Assembly: GCA_964524035.1 (NCBI GenBank)
Contig: CAZGBP010000004.1
Coordinates: forward strand, 2,862-66,861
Origin: an uncultured Bifidobacteriaceae bacterium
Lineage (GTDB): Bacteria; Bacteroidota; Bacteroidia; Chitinophagales; UBA10324
Length of the DNA stretch: 64,000 bases
Direction of reading: 5' to 3'
Part shown: piece after piece, positions 30,433 to 41,900 of the stretch
How positions within the stretch are numbered: the first letter of the stretch is position 1
Layout of the letters: each line of letters opens with the position of its first letter
Program-made: the position numbers and the translations under genes
Notes under the pieces: generated by a model
Told to the model about the DNA's origin: nothing
Seen by the model: only the letters and a program-made list of their open reading frames with translations
Database searches by the model: none

Positions 30433-31263
30433 ATGAAAATACTGCGAAAACCGGAAGAACCTGAATCGTTTTACATCGGATACCTGCCCAAGGCACCTCC
30501 CGAATACCGGAATTTTATCAGGCTTGTAATCTTTGCAATTTTAGTGGTGATGTATTTCACCATTTCAATCGTTGTTTCGAATCAGCAAAAATTCGCTGCA
30601 GGTATTTTCGAAAGAAACAAAGTGACGGAACTGGAAGGTATATTGATGGTGCAACCATTTCCGGCTATCAAAACATTCTATGGTAAAGACCTCTATGGAA
30701 ATCCGGTAATCAAAACAATACCATTGGTTAATTACGGAAAGTTCGGGGCAGAACCGGTAATCAATAGTGTGGCGGCAAATAATTCAGTTGAGCTTAACAA
30801 ACTTTGGATTAAATTACGTGGCAAACTCATTTATAACAAAGGAGTAACACTGCTGGAACTTACAGAAAAGGAAAAAGCACTGCTTGTGATCACCCCTGCT
30901 TCAAAAGACCAGCTGGCTGGTATGGCAAAGACAAAAACTACAGAACGGAGCAGGGCCACTTTGTCCGGACAAATCATCGACCCCAAATGCTATTTCGGAG
31001 TCATGAAACCGGGAGAAGGTAAGCCACACAGCGACTGTGCCATTCGCTGCATTGCAGGGGGCATTCAACCGATGCTGATGATCAGGAATGAAAAAGGCCG
31101 CGAGACATTTTTCATATTGCGCGATACGCTGGGTAACCCTGTAAATGACAGGATATTGTCGTATGTCGGAATGCCAGTTGAAGTATCCGGAAGCGTTACT
31201 CAGGTGGATGACTGGCTGCTTTTGAAAACTGATCCTGCCTCCGGAATAAGGATTATCCGGTAG
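30433..31263 (+). CDS. Membrane-anchored hypothetical protein with a Cys/His cluster
   Basis: One N-terminal TM (FIRLVIFAILVVMYFTISIVV). The soluble domain contains PKCYFGVMKPGEGKPHSDCAIRCIAGG (three Cys plus His). Confidence 0.55.
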   Translation: MKILRKPEEPESFYIGYLPKAPPEYRNFIRLVIFAILVVMYFTISIVVSNQQKFAAGIFERNKVTELEGILMVQPFPAIKTFYGKDLYGNPVIKTIPLVNYGKFGAEPVINSVAANNSVELNKLWIKLRGKLIYNKGVTLLELTEKEKALLVITPASKDQLAGMAKTKTTERSRATLSGQIIDPKCYFGVMKPGEGKPHSDCAIRCIAGGIQPMLMIRNEKGRETFFILRDTLGNPVNDRILSYVGMPVEVSGSVTQVDDWLLLKTDPASGIRIIR

Positions 31264-31359
31264 CAGCGCGTTGTAACCTGCAGAAATGACCAAGCTACCC
31301 TGAATCCGGCAAAAGAGACGGGAATATTACCTGAATCAAATTATAAAAAATTTACGGCC

Positions 31360-32493
31360 ATGAACTATATCGAAGTGTTACCGGCAGAAAGCCTTCCTGA
31401 AGGTTCTCAAAAAGCAGTTGCTCTTGGTGCTGTAAAAATTGCATTGTTTCATTTTAACGGGGAGATCACCGCAATCGCCAATGCATGCCTGCACAAAGCA
31501 GGGCCGTTATCAATGGGCCTGGTTGAAAAAAAATATGATGGCCTGTATGTAACGTGCCCCTGGCATGGATGGGAATACAATATCAAAACCGGCAGCGCCC
31601 CGCCGGGTTATCATGACCAGCAGGCTTTGTATGAAGTGAAGGTGGAAAACGGGAAAATATTTGTTAGCGAAAAACCTATCGTTAAGGCAAAACATGCAGA
31701 GCACCCTGAAAAAAAACTACTGGAAGACCTGGAGAAACTAAAATACCAGACCTCAGCGGACTCCTGCAACGTTTTAGGAATCTCTTCTACAAACATGAAT
31801 GGAGCAATTCCCCGGTATTCTACATCAGAGGCTGCTCTTGAAAAAGCGCTTGAATATGCAACATCAAAGTATGGCGCTGCTACAAAAATGATCAAACTGC
31901 GCGACCTGGAGTTTCGCCATTGCGAAGGTTACTATTCACAACACCAGAATGCCTGTACCTGGCCGTGTTCTATCTCAGAAATGAATCCTGAGGATGGAAT
32001 GAATGAAGTCTACCGGGCAATGATTCTTTGGGCCGATGTGGTCTTGTTTGCTACACCCATACGGTGGGGCACCGCTTCTTCACTTTACTTCAAAATGGTG
32101 GAAAGGCTGAATTGTGTGCAGAATCAGATTACCATCAAAGACCGTGTGCTCATTAAAGACAAAGTGGCCTCGCTGATTATTACAGGCGGCCAGGATAATA
32201 TTCAGGCTGTTGCAGCACAGATGATGGTTTTCCTAACCGATATTGGATTCACGTTCCCTCCTTTTAGTTTCGTGGGATGGAGCCGTGGATGGTCGGCAGA
32301 AGACATGGACCGGAATATCCAGTTATTTTCCAAATCCGTTTACATCGACCGTTCCGTTAAAGAGCTCGTTGACAATACGATCCGGATGTCACAGCTCCTG
32401 AAGCAGCATGGCGGCAAGGCATTGAATACTCCCTTACCTAAAATCAGCGAGTCGCCATCTGGTATGGAAGAAGTAAGCAGAAAACAACTTTGA
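31360..32493 (+). CDS. Fusion protein: N-terminal Rieske [2Fe-2S] domain + flavodoxin-like NAD(P)H-dependent FMN-reductase domain
   Basis: Rieske CLH...CPWH in the first roughly 100 aa. The C-terminal part has the flavodoxin-like FMN_red/WrbA-type layout (VLGISSTNMNG..., ADVVLFATPIRWG, LIITGGQDN) and a Cys triad HCEGYY...ACTWPCS. Confidence 0.65.
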   Translation: MNYIEVLPAESLPEGSQKAVALGAVKIALFHFNGEITAIANACLHKAGPLSMGLVEKKYDGLYVTCPWHGWEYNIKTGSAPPGYHDQQALYEVKVENGKIFVSEKPIVKAKHAEHPEKKLLEDLEKLKYQTSADSCNVLGISSTNMNGAIPRYSTSEAALEKALEYATSKYGAATKMIKLRDLEFRHCEGYYSQHQNACTWPCSISEMNPEDGMNEVYRAMILWADVVLFATPIRWGTASSLYFKMVERLNCVQNQITIKDRVLIKDKVASLIITGGQDNIQAVAAQMMVFLTDIGFTFPPFSFVGWSRGWSAEDMDRNIQLFSKSVYIDRSVKELVDNTIRMSQLLKQHGGKALNTPLPKISESPSGMEEVSRKQL

Positions 32494-32520
32494 TCAGGCA
32501 GCCAAAAACTTTATTTGCAT

Positions 32521-32847
32521 ATGCACCTTTCAGAAGCCCAGGAACAGGTTGACCATTGGATAAAAACTACCGGTGTCAGGTATTTTAATGAACTCACTAA
32601 TATGGCCATGCTTACGGAAGAAGTGGGAGAAGTGGCCCGCATCATCGCCCGGCGATATGGGGAACAATCATTCAAAGAAACCGATCTGGAGAAAAATCTT
32701 GAAGATGAACTGGCAGATGTATTGTTTGTACTTATTTGCATTGCCAACCAAACCGGCATCGATCTCACCAAAGCACTGGAGTCAAACCTGCAAAAGAAAA
32801 ACGCCCGCGACGCAACCCGACATACCGGCAATAAGAAATTAAGATGA
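32521..32847 (+). CDS. MazG-like nucleotide pyrophosphohydrolase (small single-domain type)
   Basis: EEVGEVARII and EDELADVLFVLICIANQTGIDL are the EExxE/ExxD helices typical of the MazG family. The ATG at 32521 is preferred over the TTG at 32515. Confidence 0.8.
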   Translation: MHLSEAQEQVDHWIKTTGVRYFNELTNMAMLTEEVGEVARIIARRYGEQSFKETDLEKNLEDELADVLFVLICIANQTGIDLTKALESNLQKKNARDATRHTGNKKLR

Positions 32848-33343
32848 GTTTGGTATCCGGCGATAACTTCACGACTTAAAATAGCAATAATAGCTCAGGC
32901 ATCCGGTTGGTAAATATTCCATTCAGGTTATCGTGCAAAAATCAGATTGTAATAAATATCGTTGCAATGATCCCCGTAATTCATAACGAAAAAATCATCC
33001 CTGGCAGATCAGTATCCGGTATGGAGCACATTCCTAATTCATAATCGTTTCCTTCGCATTTACTTAACATATCTGCAGCGTTACGGGCGCCTTTATCGGA
33101 CCACAGAAGATCAGTCTTAACTGACATCTTGTCTATCATATCGTATTCGGAACGCCTTTTGGGAAACAATTGCTTTTATTTTACTTCTTCACCGTCGGAA
33201 TTTTTAAATTAACTTTGTCCTCCTTTTTTATCGCTTTTCATTGCTTCGTGATTCCTGCAAATAAAATTTGCTTTAGCGAGTTTCCGGTAAGCGAAATAAA
33301 CAATGCTCAGGCATGTCAGGAAAGACATTAAATACGAATTAAC

Positions 33344-36300
33344 ATGTTAAGTTTCCTTACTAAATTACTTGGCGGCAATAAATCAGATAAAGATGTCCGC
33401 GCTATTCTGCCCATCGTTGAAGAAATTAAAGCGGCTTATGCCATGCTGTCTTCACTTTCTCATGATGAGCTCAGGGCCAAAACCGGCGAATTCAAAACAC
33501 GCATTCAGGCGCATATTGCCGATATCGACCAGGAAATAACGGACTTGAAATCGGAAGCGGAACGCGATGAGGTATCATTTGACCTGAAAGAAGAATTATA
33601 CAAAAAGATTGATGCGCTCGAGAAAGACCGCGATCAGAAGCTGGAAGATATACTGAATGAAATCCTGCCTGAAGCTTTTGCCGTAATGAAAGAGACGGCA
33701 CGCCGTTTTACAGAAAATGCCACGATTACCGTTTCTGCAACTGACCTGGATCGGGAATTTGCAGCAAAAAAAGATTTCGTGACGATAGCCGATGATAAAG
33801 CGATTTACAGCAATACCTGGCTGGTACGAGGATTACCTGTAACCTGGAAAATGGTTCATTATGATGTGCAGCTAATAGGAGGCATCGTGCTGCACCAGGG
33901 GAAAATTGCGGAAATGGCCACCGGTGAAGGCAAAACGCTGGTTTCCACGTTACCCTCTTACCTCAATTCACTTACAGGCCTTGGTGTACACCTTGTAACC
34001 GTTAACGATTACCTGTCAAAACGTGACTGTGAATGGAATGGCCCATTATTCCAATTCCTGGGAATCACCGTCGACTGCATCGATAACTATCCTCCGCATT
34101 CCGCTGAGCGCAAAGCCGCGTATAATTGCGACATCACGTATGGTACGAATAATGAATTCGGATTCGATTACCTGAGAGATAATATGTCGAGGTCGAAAGA
34201 AGAACTGGTGCAGCGCAAACTGCATTATGCCATGGTGGATGAAGTGGATTCTGTATTGATTGATGATGCGCGTACTCCTTTGATTATTTCCGGCCCCATT
34301 CCGAAAGGCGATGATCAGCAGTTTCAACAGATGAAGCCACGCATCCTCAAGCTGGTAGAATCACAGAAACGGGTGGTAAACCAGTTTCTGAACGATGCAA
34401 AGAAATTAATTGATGCGGGAAAAACCGGCGCTACAGAAGGCGGGCTTGCACTCTTACGCGCACACAGGGGTTTGCCTAAATATGGTAACCTAATAAAATA
34501 CATGAGTGAAGAAGGCAATAAAGCCATCATGCTCAAATCCGAAAGTTATCACCTGGCAGACAGTCAGAAGGAAATGCCCAAGGCTGACGCGGAATTGTTT
34601 TTCACGATAGATGAAAAAAACAACCAGGTAGACCTTACCGATAAAGGAATTGAATTGCTTACAGAAGCCGGTGAAGATAAAAGCTTCTTTGTTATTCCGG
34701 ATGTTGGTGCCATGATTGCGGAAATCGAAAAATCTGCCTCCACTCCGGAAGAAAAAATTGCGAAGAAAGATCAGCTCATGCAGGACTTCGCCATCAAAAG
34801 CGAACGCATTCACACCCTGCAACAATTGCTGAAAGCCTATACCCTCTTTGAAAAGGATAACGAGTATGTGGTGATGGACGGCAAAGTAAAAATTGTGGAT
34901 GAGCAGACAGGCCGTATTCTCGACGGTCGGCGTTATTCAGATGGTTTGCACCAGGCTATTGAAGCAAAGGAAAACGTGAAGGTGGAAGCAGCCACGCAAA
35001 CATTCGCAACCGTTACACTGCAGAATTATTTCCGTATGTACCACAAACTGTGCGGTATGACCGGTACCGCAGAAACGGAAGCGGGTGAATTCTGGTCTAT
35101 ATATAAATTGGATGTGGTGGTGATTCCCACCAATGTGCAGATGATCCGTAAAGACGAACAGGATCTTGTTTATAAAACCAAACGCGAAAAATACAATGCG
35201 GTAATTGATGAAATCATCAAACTCAGCAAAGCAGGGCAACCGGTATTGGTAGGTACAACCAATGTGGAAGTGTCTGAACTGCTGTCGCGTATGCTCAAGT
35301 TCAAAAATGTCAAACACAATGTATTAAATGCCAAACAACATCAGCGGGAGGCAGAGATTGTAGCAGAAGCCGGGTTGTCCGGTGCGGTAACCATTGCCAC
35401 CAATATGGCCGGCCGGGGTACCGACATTAAACTGGGTCCAGGCGTAAAAGAAGCCGGCGGACTTGCCATTATTGGTACAGAGCGACATGAAGCCCGCCGT
35501 GTTGACCGGCAGTTGCGTGGCCGTGCAGGAAGACAGGGAGATCCGGGAAAAACACAGTTTTATGTTTCACTCGAAGATGACCTTATGCGCTTATTCGGCA
35601 GCGATCGTATAGCAGGTTTTATGGACCGCTTTGGCTACAAAGAAGGGGAGGTGATACAGCATTCCATGATCACCAAATCAATAGAACGCGCGCAGAAAAA
35701 AGTGGAAGAAAATAACTTCGGTATCCGGAAGCACCTGCTCGAGTACGACGATGTAATGAATGCCCAACGTGAAGTGATTTATAAAAAACGCAGGCATGCC
35801 CTGTTTGGAGAGCGCCTTTCGTATGATCTGAATAATATGGTGTTTGATCTTTGCGAAGAGCTCGTAGTGCAGCACCAGGATGCAAACGACTTCGAGGCAT
35901 TTAAGTTCGATGTGATCCGTTTTCTCTCTACCGATACCCGGATTACCGCCGAAGCTTTCAAAAATAATAAGCCTGCTGCCTTAGCCCATAGCCTTTATGA
36001 AGAAGTTACGGAAGTGTATAAACGAAAGATGCAGAATCTCTCGGATACCATTACGCCGGTAATTAAAGATGTATACCAGAACAGGGGTGAAACCATCGAA
36101 AACATTGTTGTGCCTTTTACCGATGGTATCCGTGGCATGCAGGTAGTTACCAACCTGAAAAAAGCACATGAATCCAACGGCCGTGAAGTCATCAAATCAT
36201 TTGAGCGCGGCATCACGCTTTCTTTTATTGATGATGCATGGAAAGAAAACCTTCGCCAGCTCGACGACCTGAAGCAATCGGTGCAGAATGCGCGTTACGA

Positions 36301-36670
36301 ACAAAAAGATCCATTGCTCATCTATAAGTTTGAGGCCTTTGAATTATTTAAAAAGATGCTGGGTGAAATTAACCGCGAAGTAATTTCGTTCCTCTTCAAA
36401 GCCGGCTTGCCCAATCAGCCTGTTCAGCAGGTTAACCAGGCACGGGTGCAGGAAAGAACAGATTACAGCAGGATGCGTGAAGGGCGCGGTGCCGCTATGA
36501 GCAATGTGCCGGTAAATGCGGAAAACAACGGTAATGCACGTACCAATGGCCAGGAAGAAGCACCCAGGAAATTAGAACCCATACGCGTAGGTGCAAAAAC
36601 AGGAAGAAATGATCCATGTCCTTGCGGCAGCGGAAAAAAATATAAGAACTGTCATGGAAAAGAAGCGTGA
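33344..36670 (+). CDS. secA: Preprotein translocase ATPase SecA
   Basis: DEAD-motor motifs ([57 protein letters not shown]) and a C-terminal zinc motif [14 protein letters not shown]. Confidence 0.97.
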   Translation: MLSFLTKLLGGNKSDKDVRAILPIVEEIKAAYAMLSSLSHDELRAKTGEFKTRIQAHIADIDQEITDLKSEAERDEVSFDLKEELYKKIDALEKDRDQKLEDILNEILPEAFAVMKETARRFTENATITVSATDLDREFAAKKDFVTIADDKAIYSNTWLVRGLPVTWKMVHYDVQLIGGIVLHQGKIAEMATGEGKTLVSTLPSYLNSLTGLGVHLVTVNDYLSKRDCEWNGPLFQFLGITVDCIDNYPPHSAERKAAYNCDITYGTNNEFGFDYLRDNMSRSKEELVQRKLHYAMVDEVDSVLIDDARTPLIISGPIPKGDDQQFQQMKPRILKLVESQKRVVNQFLNDAKKLIDAGKTGATEGGLALLRAHRGLPKYGNLIKYMSEEGNKAIMLKSESYHLADSQKEMPKADAELFFTIDEKNNQVDLTDKGIELLTEAGEDKSFFVIPDVGAMIAEIEKSASTPEEKIAKKDQLMQDFAIKSERIHTLQQLLKAYTLFEKDNEYVVMDGKVKIVDEQTGRILDGRRYSDGLHQAIEAKENVKVEAATQTFATVTLQNYFRMYHKLCGMTGTAETEAGEFWSIYKLDVVVIPTNVQMIRKDEQDLVYKTKREKYNAVIDEIIKLSKAGQPVLVGTTNVEVSELLSRMLKFKNVKHNVLNAKQHQREAEIVAEAGLSGAVTIATNMAGRGTDIKLGPGVKEAGGLAIIGTERHEARRVDRQLRGRAGRQGDPGKTQFYVSLEDDLMRLFGSDRIAGFMDRFGYKEGEVIQHSMITKSIERAQKKVEENNFGIRKHLLEYDDVMNAQREVIYKKRRHALFGERLSYDLNNMVFDLCEELVVQHQDANDFEAFKFDVIRFLSTDTRITAEAFKNNKPAALAHSLYEEVTEVYKRKMQNLSDTITPVIKDVYQNRGETIENIVVPFTDGIRGMQVVTNLKKAHESNGREVIKSFERGITLSFIDDAWKENLRQLDDLKQSVQNARYEQKDPLLIYKFEAFELFKKMLGEINREVISFLFKAGLPNQPVQQVNQARVQERTDYSRMREGRGAAMSNVPVNAENNGNARTNGQEEAPRKLEPIRVGAKTGRNDPCPCGSGKKYKNCHGKEA

Positions 36671-37331
36671 AGGTATTGATATAGCCTCTAAAATAGATCA
36701 CACCTTATTAAAGCCGGAAACTACCCTGCAACAGATCAAACAACTGTGCAGTGAAGCGGTGGAACACCAGTTTGCAACCGTTTGTGTACCTCCTTATTAT
36801 GTACGCAATGCTTTCACCATTCTTGAAAATGAGAAGGTGAAAGTAGCAACCGTGTTAGGTTTCCCCTTTGGTTATTCCAGTGCGTATATTAAAGTGGAAG
36901 AAGCCAAACGCGCCATGGAAGACGGAGCCCATGAACTGGATGTGGTGATGAATCTCGGCGCCTTCTACTCCGGCAACGACAAAGATGTGCTGAAAGAATT
37001 GCAGAGTATTACGCAACTGGCTCACCTGCGCGGGAAGATCGTGAAGCTGATTATCGAAGCAGGCATGTTATCGGAAAGTGATTTAAAACGAGCCTGCACG
37101 CTTGCTGTAAAAGCGGAAGTAGATTATGTAAAAACATCTACCGGCTATATCGGACAAGGTGCTACTGTAGAAATGATTGAAACCCTTCGGGAATTGCTTC
37201 CTAAAAAAATCAAGATCAAAGCATCGGGCGGCATTAAAACAAAGAAGCAGATTCTTCAACTCCTGGAAGCCGGTGCTGATCGTATCGGCACTTCTTCAGC
37301 CATGGATATTTTGGAAAAGGTGGAAGCCTGA
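36654..37331 (+). CDS. deoC: Deoxyribose-phosphate aldolase
   Basis: [23 protein letters not shown] (Schiff-base Lys context) and IKASGGI. The ATG at 36654 overlaps the secA 3' end by 17 nt. Confidence 0.9.
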   Translation: MEKKREGIDIASKIDHTLLKPETTLQQIKQLCSEAVEHQFATVCVPPYYVRNAFTILENEKVKVATVLGFPFGYSSAYIKVEEAKRAMEDGAHELDVVMNLGAFYSGNDKDVLKELQSITQLAHLRGKIVKLIIEAGMLSESDLKRACTLAVKAEVDYVKTSTGYIGQGATVEMIETLRELLPKKIKIKASGGIKTKKQILQLLEAGADRIGTSSAMDILEKVEA

Positions 37332-37349
37332 GTAGCTGCTTACAAAAAA

Positions 37350-37390
37350 ATCCGGCACTTCGGCTTCGCTCGGTGACCGGATATTTTTAT
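37350..37390 (+). terminator. Probable intrinsic terminator after deoC
   Basis: ATCCGG(C)AC...GTGACCGGAT imperfect hairpin preceded by an A-run and followed by ATTTTTATT. Confidence 0.5.
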
Positions 37391-37438
37391 TCTCTGAGCG
37401 AACTCGAAGGGTGGTCCCTGAGCGAAGTCGAAGGGCAG
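37358..37438. repeat. Three copies of a 16-nt motif CYGAGCGAASYCGAAG (one inverted, two in a 24-bp tandem duplication)
   Basis: Tandem units 37391-37414 (TCTCTGAGCGAACTCGAAGGGTGG) and 37415-37438 (TCCCTGAGCGAAGTCGAAGGGCAG) share 20/24 positions. 37358-37373 is the reverse complement of the core at 14/16 positions. Confidence 0.7.
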
Positions 37439-37521
37439 TAATATCACAAAGAATACCCTTTCAAAAGAATCATCAATCACATTTCGTCAAAATTTGTTTC
37501 TTTAGCAATGATTTACACTGC

Positions 37522-37914
37522 ATGAAGTTTTTTCTTATTTCCATATTGCTTGCATTGCCACTGTTTCTTACTGCGCAAACCGGCGAAATATCCATAGTGC
37601 AGGATACCGGTGTGCAAAAAGTAATGCGGCTCTACCAAAAATTTGGGACAGAAAAAAGGGCGGTTAACGGATACAGGGTACAATTAACATCCAACACCAA
37701 CCGCACGCTGGTAATGGATATGAAATCGAAATTTATGCAGGAGTATCCGGAAGTTAATGCCTATGTAGTATATCAGCAACCGCAACTCAAACTGCGAGTA
37801 GGCGATTTCATTTCCCGGGCACAAGCCACCAAATTTATGGAGGAGATTAAATCCGGGTTTCCAACTGCATTTATTGTTCCTGATAAGGTATTTGTGAAAG
37901 GAATTCCGTGGTGA
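37522..37914 (+). CDS. SPOR-domain (peptidoglycan-binding) protein
   Basis: Signal peptide MKFFLISILLALPLFLTAQ. GYRVQLTS...LKLRVGDF...AFIVPD matches the SPOR repeat pattern. The listed upstream extension (from 37411) translates the intergenic repeat and is unlikely to be real. Confidence 0.75.
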   Translation: MKFFLISILLALPLFLTAQTGEISIVQDTGVQKVMRLYQKFGTEKRAVNGYRVQLTSNTNRTLVMDMKSKFMQEYPEVNAYVVYQQPQLKLRVGDFISRAQATKFMEEIKSGFPTAFIVPDKVFVKGIPW

Positions 37915-38152
37915 AATTTCTATTCGCTTTCTTTAAAATCATCATTCCCGGCTTTAATGAATTCAGCCAGGTGATAGATGAAATATTTACGCTGCCATAC
38001 CAGGCACAGATCAATAAACGTTGCCACACTTTAATGTGGCGATCAATGGATGAGCGTCCACCTGCTGCAAAACAAAAACGCGTATGGCAGCAGAAAGTAA
38101 CGCTCTTTGCAAAATGAAATTCATTAACTGCAAAGCATGTTACAGTCATCCA

Positions 38153-38803
38153 CTACAAAAAACCCAACAACCGCTGATTGATGGTTTTTACCACAGCTTC
38201 CGTCATAGACGACACATGCAGCTTATCGTAAATCTTTTTTGAATGGGTGCGAACGGTCTCATACGTGATCCCCATCTGTGCAGCCACCATCTTATACGAC
38301 AATCCGTTTACAAGATGTGTCAGTACTTCTTTTTCGCGTGGACTCAAATGATAATCTTCACTTGCGGTAATGGTTTCATTTCGCTGAAAATGCAACATTA
38401 CCTTACGCGCAATGGAAGGCGTCATGGGTGCGCCTCCTTCATATACTTCGCGGATGGCTTCCAGTAACCGGGCCGGCGGTGTATTCTTCAACAGGTAACC
38501 GACAGCGCCTGCACAAAGCGATTCAAACACCTTGTCCTGGTGGTCAAACACCGTAAGCATGATGATGGGAATAGCCGGAAAATGAGCATGAATTTGCTGC
38601 ACAGCCTGTATGCCGGTAACTTCCGGCATGTCAATGTCCATCAGCACCACATCCGCCGGATCTGCCTCCAGCACTTCGATACAATGCGTTGCATCTGCAT
38701 AACTTCCGGCCAGTGAATAACCAGGGCTGCTGTCAATCAGCAATGAGATTGCTTCACGAATAGAACTACTATCGTCGAAAATGGTAACCCGTATCGTGTT
38801 CAT
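38153..38803 (-). CDS. Response regulator, NarL/LuxR family (REC + HTH_LuxR)
   Basis: The receiver domain has the DVVLMDIDMPEVTG phospho-acceptor context. The C-terminus has LSPREKEVLTHLVNGLSYKMVAAQMGITYETVRTHSKKIYDKL. Confidence 0.9.
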   Translation of the reverse strand: MNTIRVTIFDDSSSIREAISLLIDSSPGYSLAGSYADATHCIEVLEADPADVVLMDIDMPEVTGIQAVQQIHAHFPAIPIIMLTVFDHQDKVFESLCAGAVGYLLKNTPPARLLEAIREVYEGGAPMTPSIARKVMLHFQRNETITASEDYHLSPREKEVLTHLVNGLSYKMVAAQMGITYETVRTHSKKIYDKLHVSSMTEAVVKTINQRLLGFL

Positions 38804-38937
38804 TTCACAAATGTGCATGCAAATATGGCAAATTGCAATCCCTCAATCGGGGGATAGTGAGCTGTATACATTGCTTGTTGCGGTACCAAACAACTCTTTG
38901 CTGAAATGCTGCGCGGGTGAAGCGAATGTTTCCCCAT

Positions 38938-41900
38938 TCAGCTTTTGTTCATCTGAAGCCTGATCGTAGTACCCGCTTGTACTGCAGATTGAATACTAAT
39001 ACCTGCATCAATTTCACTGGCCCTGGATTTCATATTCTTCAGGCCATTGCCATTATAGCTTTTAACAGCGGCCATATCAAACCCCTTTCCATTATCGCGA
39101 ATCACCATCATCACTTGCTTTCCGGTATCCTGAAGCGATATTTCTACCTCTGTGCAACCGGCATACCGCACAATGTTATACAGTGCTTCTTTAAAAATCA
39201 TAAAAATGTTTTTGCGTTGCTCCATATTCAGTTTCATCTTTTTCAGTTTTTCATCTGCATGAAACTTCAGCCTGATATCCTGCAAGGAAAGGATGTCAAC
39301 AGCCAATGCCTGCATCCGTGTAGTGAGGTGATCGACTGAATCATTTTCAGGATTTACCGACCAGACAATATCGCTCATGGTCTCAATCATGTTGCGTGAA
39401 TTGTCGCCAATCTTCTCAATTACCTTTTGAGAGGCTTCAATATTGTTGTTACTCAACTGCTGCCTGGCTGCTTCACTGAAAAAAGAGATACTGCCTAAGG
39501 TGGAACCAATATCATCATGCAGGTCGCGGGCAATTTTATTGCGGATGTTTTGCAGTTTCAGCAATTGATTCATGCGATACCGGTAAATTCCATAGAGCGT
39601 TGCACCTATTGCAATAAACATTAATCCATAAAACCACCAGGTTTTCCACCACGGGGGATCAATGATAATCTGCAATGAAGTACCGGTTTCATTCCATACG
39701 CCATCGTTGTTGGAAGCCCTTACCTGAAGTGTATATTTTCCCGGAGGAAGGTTGGTATAGATAGCCTGATGGTTGTCGTTACTCTGAATCCAGTCTTTGT
39801 CAAATCCTTCCAGCCGGTACCTGAACTGATTAGCGGCGGCATTGGTATAATTTAACGCGGCCATTTCGAAGGAAATAAAATTCTGATGGTGTGGCAGCCG
39901 AATACTGTTTTGCAATAAAAGTGAATCCGCCGGCTGATCCAGTACTTTTAAATGTGTAATATATACCGGCGGCGGCCGCAGATTGCGTTGCACCTCTTCC
40001 GGCCTGAAGCGAAGGTAAAAACCATTTCCACCGGCATACAGGTACCCGGCTTCATCTTTATAAAAATATCCGCTCACGCCTTCTTCCGGAATTCCATACA
40101 CCTGGTCGTACCGGAAGAATGTCTGGGTGCGCCGGTCAAAAAAATCAATACCCCCGGCTGCAATAATCCAGAGGTTACCATGCTTATCTTGCGCAATACC
40201 TTCCAGGTTCTGATGTTGCGACTGAAAATGAATGAATGTTTTTTCACTGTCTGCAGGATTAAATAAATACAAACCACTGCCTTTTGTCGTGATCCAGAAT
40301 GTGCCGTCTTCATTCTCCAGCATATCGAAGACATCATTGCTTCGTAGTGAATATGCTTTGTCGCCACCGCTGAATGTTTTACCGTTAAACATTCCAAAGC
40401 TGTCAATCACCCGTTTGGAAACTTTTGGATGCTGTCGCCACAAACTGTCATCCATAGAAAAGTACGTGCTGGTGATATCGGTAATCAAACCCATGGAAGC
40501 ACCGATCATCCAAGCCCTTCCTTTGCTGTCGACCACAATTTTCCTGATAAGATTATGCAACTCCGGCGGCTTACCGATAATGCCAATGCCTCCACGCAAA
40601 GTATTGCGATCGAAGAGACAGATGCCATGACCATAAGCAGATACCCACAAGACAGTATCATTCATAAAAACCGCTTCAGCAATAGCATTAACATTGGAAG
40701 AGCCAATATCAAAAAAATCGAAGTACTTAAAATTGTCCGAAAAGTAGTTGACGGTTTTCAGTGAAAGCTTATTACGGTCAAAGACAAACATGGAGCTTTG
40801 AGTTCCGAGGTAAATGGTGCCTTTGCTATCGCGAAAGATTTTATTGATGTTTAATACCTGGTTTTTATAACGGAATGTTTTCAGGTAGAAATCATCCTGA
40901 TTCTTATTCTTTATCAGTAATCCTGATTTCGTTCCGATATACAGTGTATGATCTTTATCAAGCAGAAAGTCCATCACTTTCAGATTCACATCCGGCAAAG
41001 CAATCTTTGCTTCCAGGTCAACAATCTCAAACGGATTCAATAAGGGGTCGAATACCTGGACACCGGCATCCGTACCGAGCCACATCCGATTATTGCGGTC
41101 GCGATATATTGCATAGATCCGGCCGGCTTTCAACCCATCCGGATCATTTTTCTGAGTAGGATAATGAATTGATTGTTTATTGACCGGGTTAAAGAGATAC
41201 AAATCACCCAGTTTCATACCCAGCCACAACATGCCGTACTGATCTTCATTTATTGCATGAAGCTCGTTTCCGGAATAGGTGAATGGCTTATTTGTTTCGA
41301 ACAGATTCTGCTCCAGCTTGTCAGTAGCGCTATTGAAAAAATACAGGCCGTTATCCCAACCGCCGCACCAAACTTCATTCTTGCTGTTGCAAAATACAGT
41401 GGTAATGGTATATCCGGGATAAAGGTTGCTGGTAGCATAGTTGTCAATGGTTTTATATGTACCATCCAATTCTTTGTAGTTAAGTGAGGTGCCGATGGTG
41501 CCAAAATAGACACGTCCATTTTTACTAATCACCACATCATTTACAGTGCGGCTGGCACGAACATTCCGGTTTCCCAGGTAAGTGAAAGAATCGGTGATTG
41601 CGTTCAGACAAAATAAGCCCAACTTTTCAGCCCCAACCCAAACAAGTTGAGCATCATCAATAGCTACTGATTGAACATTAGGAATAAAATTCAATATAAA
41701 ATCACCTTTTTCAAATGGATAGGAAGTAAAACGGTTACTCTTATAGTCATAACTGCATAAACCCGCATCAGCGGTGCCTATCCAGATAATCCCGCTGCTA
41801 TCTTCCGCGAGGTCGTTGACCACGTTTCCGGCAATGGATGCAGCATCATCCGGATCATGCTTGAAAACCACAAAGTTTTTTCCGTCGAACCTGTTTAATC

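Noticed and set aside
32981-33169. 62-aa minus-strand ORF in the 496-bp gap upstream of secA
   Set aside because: No ribosome-binding context, motif or partner gene. It could be a gene fragment, but the evidence is insufficient to call a CDS.
37915-38152. Possible frameshifted small gene on the minus strand between the SPOR gene and the response regulator (MNFILQRALLSAAIRVFVLQQVDAHPLIATLK... continuing in another frame as ...FIDLCLVWQRKYFIYHLAEFIKAGNDDFKESE)
   Set aside because: Both pieces are short and match nothing I recognise, and the join requires an assumed 1-nt frameshift. The listed ORFs 37871-38149 (minus) and 37908-38117 (plus) also look non-coding.
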